64,000 bases of DNA from Mobula hypostoma (lineage: Eukaryota), in NCBI RefSeq assembly GCF_963921235.1, contig NC_086097.1:231262001-231326000 (forward strand). The letters are read 5' to 3'. Positions within the stretch are counted from its first letter, which is position 1. Each line of letters opens with the position of its first letter. The notes beneath the pieces are model-generated. The model made no database searches, was not told where the DNA came from, and saw nothing but the letters and a program-made list of their open reading frames with translations. Of this stretch, positions 61,180 to 64,000 are shown in pieces. Position numbers and translations under genes: made by a program.

Positions 61180-63048
61180 GGCGCTGTGGCTCAGAAGGGT
61201 AGGGAAAGGAAGAAGGCAGCAGTAATAGGGGACTCTATAGTTAGGGGGTCAGACAGGTGATTCTGTGGATGCAGGAAAGAAACACGGATGGTTGTTTGCC
61301 TCCCAGGTGCCACTGTCCGGGATGTTTCTGATCGCGTCTACAATATCCTGAACTGGGAAGGTGAACAGTCAGAGGTCGTGGTACATATTTGTACCAATGG
61401 CATAGGTAGGAAAAAGGGAGGAGGTCCTGAAAACAGACAACAGGGAGTTAGGAAGGAAGATGAGAAGCAGGATCTCAAAGGTTGTAATCTCGGGATTACT
61501 GCCTGTGCCACGCGTCAGTGAGTATAGGAATAGAGTGAGGTGGACGATAATTGTGTGGCTGAGGGGGCAGGGATTCAGATTTCTGGATCATTGGGACCTC
61601 TTTTGGGGCAGGTATGACCTGTACAAAAAGGACGGGTTGCACTTGAATCCGAGGGGGATCAATATCCTGGCAGGATGGTTTGCTAAGGCTATTGGGGAGA
61701 GATTAAACTAGAATTGCTGAGGGGTGGGAACCGAACTGAAGAGACAGAAGAAGGGGCAGTTGGCTCACAAATAGAGAAAACTTGGAGACAGTGTGAGAGG
61801 GAGGATAAGCAGGTGATAGAGAAGGGATACGCTCAAACCGAAGGTTTGAGACGTGTCTATTTTAATGCAAGAAGCATCATGAACAAAGCAGATGAGCTTA
61901 AAGCATGGACCAGTATTTGGAGCTATGATGTTGTGGCCATTATTACAGAGACTTGAATGGCTCAGGGGCAGGGTTTATATGTTTCAGAAAGGACAGGGAG
62001 GGAGGCAAAAGAGGTGGGGGCGTGGCACTGCTGATCAGAGATAGTGTCACGGTTGCAGAAAAGGAGGAAGTCATGGAGGGATTGACTACTGAGTCTCTGT
62101 GGGTGGAAGTTAGGAACAGGAAGGGGCCAATAACTCTATTGGGTGTTTTTTATAGATCACCCAATAGTAACGGGGACATCGAGGAGCAGATAGGGAGACA
62201 GATTCTGGAAAAGTGTGTTAACAGCAGGGTTGTCATGGTGGGAGATTTTAATTTCCCAAATATCGATTGGCATCTCCCTAGAGCAAGGGGTTTAGATGGG
62301 GTGGAGTTTGTTAGGTGTGTTCAGGAAGGTTTCCTGACACACTATGTAGATAAGCCTACAAGAGGAGAGGCTGTACTTGATCTGGTATTGGGAAATGAAC
62401 CTGGTCAGGTGTCATGTCTCTTAGTGGGAGAGCATTTTGGAGACAGTGATCACAATTCTATCTCCTTTACCATAGCATTGGAGAGGGATAGGAACAGACA
62501 AGTTAAGAATGTGTTTGATTGAGTAAGGGGAAATATGAAGCTATCAGACAGGAACTTGGAAGCATAAATGGGGAACAGATGTTCTCAGGGAAATGCATGG
62601 CAGAAATATGGCAAATGTTCAGGGAATATTTGCATGGCGTTCTGCATAGGTACGTTCCAATGAGGCAGGTAACAGATGGTAGGGTACAGGAAACATGGTG
62701 TACAAAGGCTGTTGTAAATATAGTCAAGAAGAAGAGAAAAGCTTACAAAAGGCTCAAAAAACTAAGTAATGATTGAGATCTAGAGGATTATAAGGCTAGC
62801 AGGAAGGAGTTTAAGAATGAAATTAGGAGAGCCAGAAGGGGCCATGAGAAGGCCTTGGTGAGCAGAATTAAGGAAAACCCCAATGCATTCTACAAGTATG
62901 TGAAGAGCAAGACAATAAGACGTGAGAGAATAGGACCAGTCAAGTGTGACAAAAGTGTGTATGGAACTGGAGGAGATAGCAGAGATACTTAATGAATACT
63001 TTGATTCAATATTCACTATGGAAAAGGATCTTGGCAATTGTAGGGATG
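61180..63048 (+). mobile_element. CR1 LINE: ORF1 esterase plus ORF2 endonuclease, interrupted at about 63050
   Basis: IGDSIVRG, VCLPGA and DGLHLN in ORF1; NARSIMNK, VGDFNFP and SDHN in ORF2. Confidence 0.93.
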
Positions 63049-63411
63049 ACTTTACTTTACTTTATACTTTGTTGTCGCCAAACAATTGATACTAGAACGT
63101 ACAATCATCACAACGATATCTGATTCTGTGCTTCCCACTCCCTGGATTACAAATATTAAATATTAAAAGTAGTAAAAATTTAAATTACAGATCACAAATA
63201 GAAAATAGAAAAATGAAAAGTAAGGAAGTGCAAAAAAAAACCAAGAGGCAGATCTGGATATTTGCAGGGTACAGCCCAGATCTGGGTCAAAATCCATTCA
63301 GCAGTCTTATCACAGTTGGAAAGAAGCTGTTCCCAAAACTGGCCATACGAGTCTTCAAGCTCCTGAGCCTTCTCCCGGAGGGAAGAGGGACGAAAAGTGT
63401 GTTGGCTGGGT

Positions 63412-63852
63412 GCCATCTGAACATTGACTTCTCAAACTTCCGCTAACGCCCTACCTCCCCCTCGTACCTCATCCGTTATTTATTTATATACACACGTTCT
63501 TTCTCTCTCTGTCCTTTTTCTCCCTCTGTCCCTCTCACTATACCCCTTGCCCATCCTCTGGGTTTTTTCCCCCCCTCCCCCTTTTCTTTCTCCCTGGGCC
63601 TCCTGTCCCTTGATCCTCTCATATCCCTTTTGCCAATCACCTGTCCAGCTCTTGGCTCCATCCCTCCCCCTCCTGTCTTCTCCTATCATTTTGGATCTCC
63701 CCCTCCCCCTCCCACTTTCAAACCTCTTACTAGCTCTTCTTTCAGTTAGTCCTGATGAAGGGTCTCGGCCTGAAACGTTGACTGTACCTCTTCCTAGAGA
63801 TGCTGCCTGGCCTGCTGCGTTCACCAGCAACTTTAATGTGTGTTGCTTGAAC
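63412..63852 (+). mobile_element. Penelope pLTR/3' end
   Basis: NIDFSNFR* followed by a pyrimidine-rich UTR and a hammerhead motif. Confidence 0.9.
63747..63784 (+). ncRNA. Minimal type I hammerhead ribozyme motif (PLE-associated), intact core
   Basis: Stem I TAGTC/GACTG; core CTGATGA; stem II AGG-GTCTCGG-CCT; GAAA; palindromic AACGTT helix III; cleavage triplet GUU. Confidence 0.75.
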
Positions 63853-64000
63853 TTCCATACCAGGTTGTGATGCACCCTAGAAGAATGCTTTCTACGGTGC
63901 ATCTATAAAAATTAGTGAGGGTTTTAGGGACAAGCCAAATTTCTTTAGTTTTCTCAGGAAGTAAAGACACTGGTGGGCCTTCTTGGCAGTGAACTCTGCT

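Larger units (their letters stand above)
63049..64000 (-). mobile_element. Rex1/Babar 3' part (63049-63410, about 63853-64000) split by a PLE
   Basis: (TAAAG)n tail with AACAAAGTATAAAG; SFFPTVIRLLN-like coding on -. Confidence 0.7.

Overview
This is eukaryotic, vertebrate-type DNA. The repeat spectrum suggests a cartilaginous fish such as a ray or skate, but that is inference only. Most of the window is nested transposable-element debris: CR1 LINEs (one with an almost intact ORF2, one essentially full length with a zinc-finger/SGNH-esterase ORF1), Rex1/Babar LINEs, Penelope-like elements (PLEs), old RTE fragments, a Tc1 transposon, a mariner-type MITE, a tRNA-derived SINE, several unclassified non-autonomous elements and an LTR edge. 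A repeat-poor, CpG-enriched block at about 20.8-22.7 kb looks like a promoter, possibly bidirectional, and there is a candidate minus-strand coding exon at 19243-19388. I could not name any host gene. Most interesting observations: (1) in three different CR1 copies the ORF1/ORF2 junction carries a T_TTA_AAC heptamer (one copy A_TTA_AAC) in the correct phase, directly before the ORF1 stop and followed by a G-tract. ORF2 is in the -1 frame in two copies and has no usable ATG in the best one, which suggests programmed -1 ribosomal frameshifting in a LINE. (2) Many PLE ends carry minimal hammerhead-ribozyme motifs, and short fold-back PLE-end doublets invert at or near the ribozyme core. (3) A 43-bp minisatellite with 86-bp higher-order structure has arisen from LINE coding sequence. 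Most repeat boundaries are estimated by eye.
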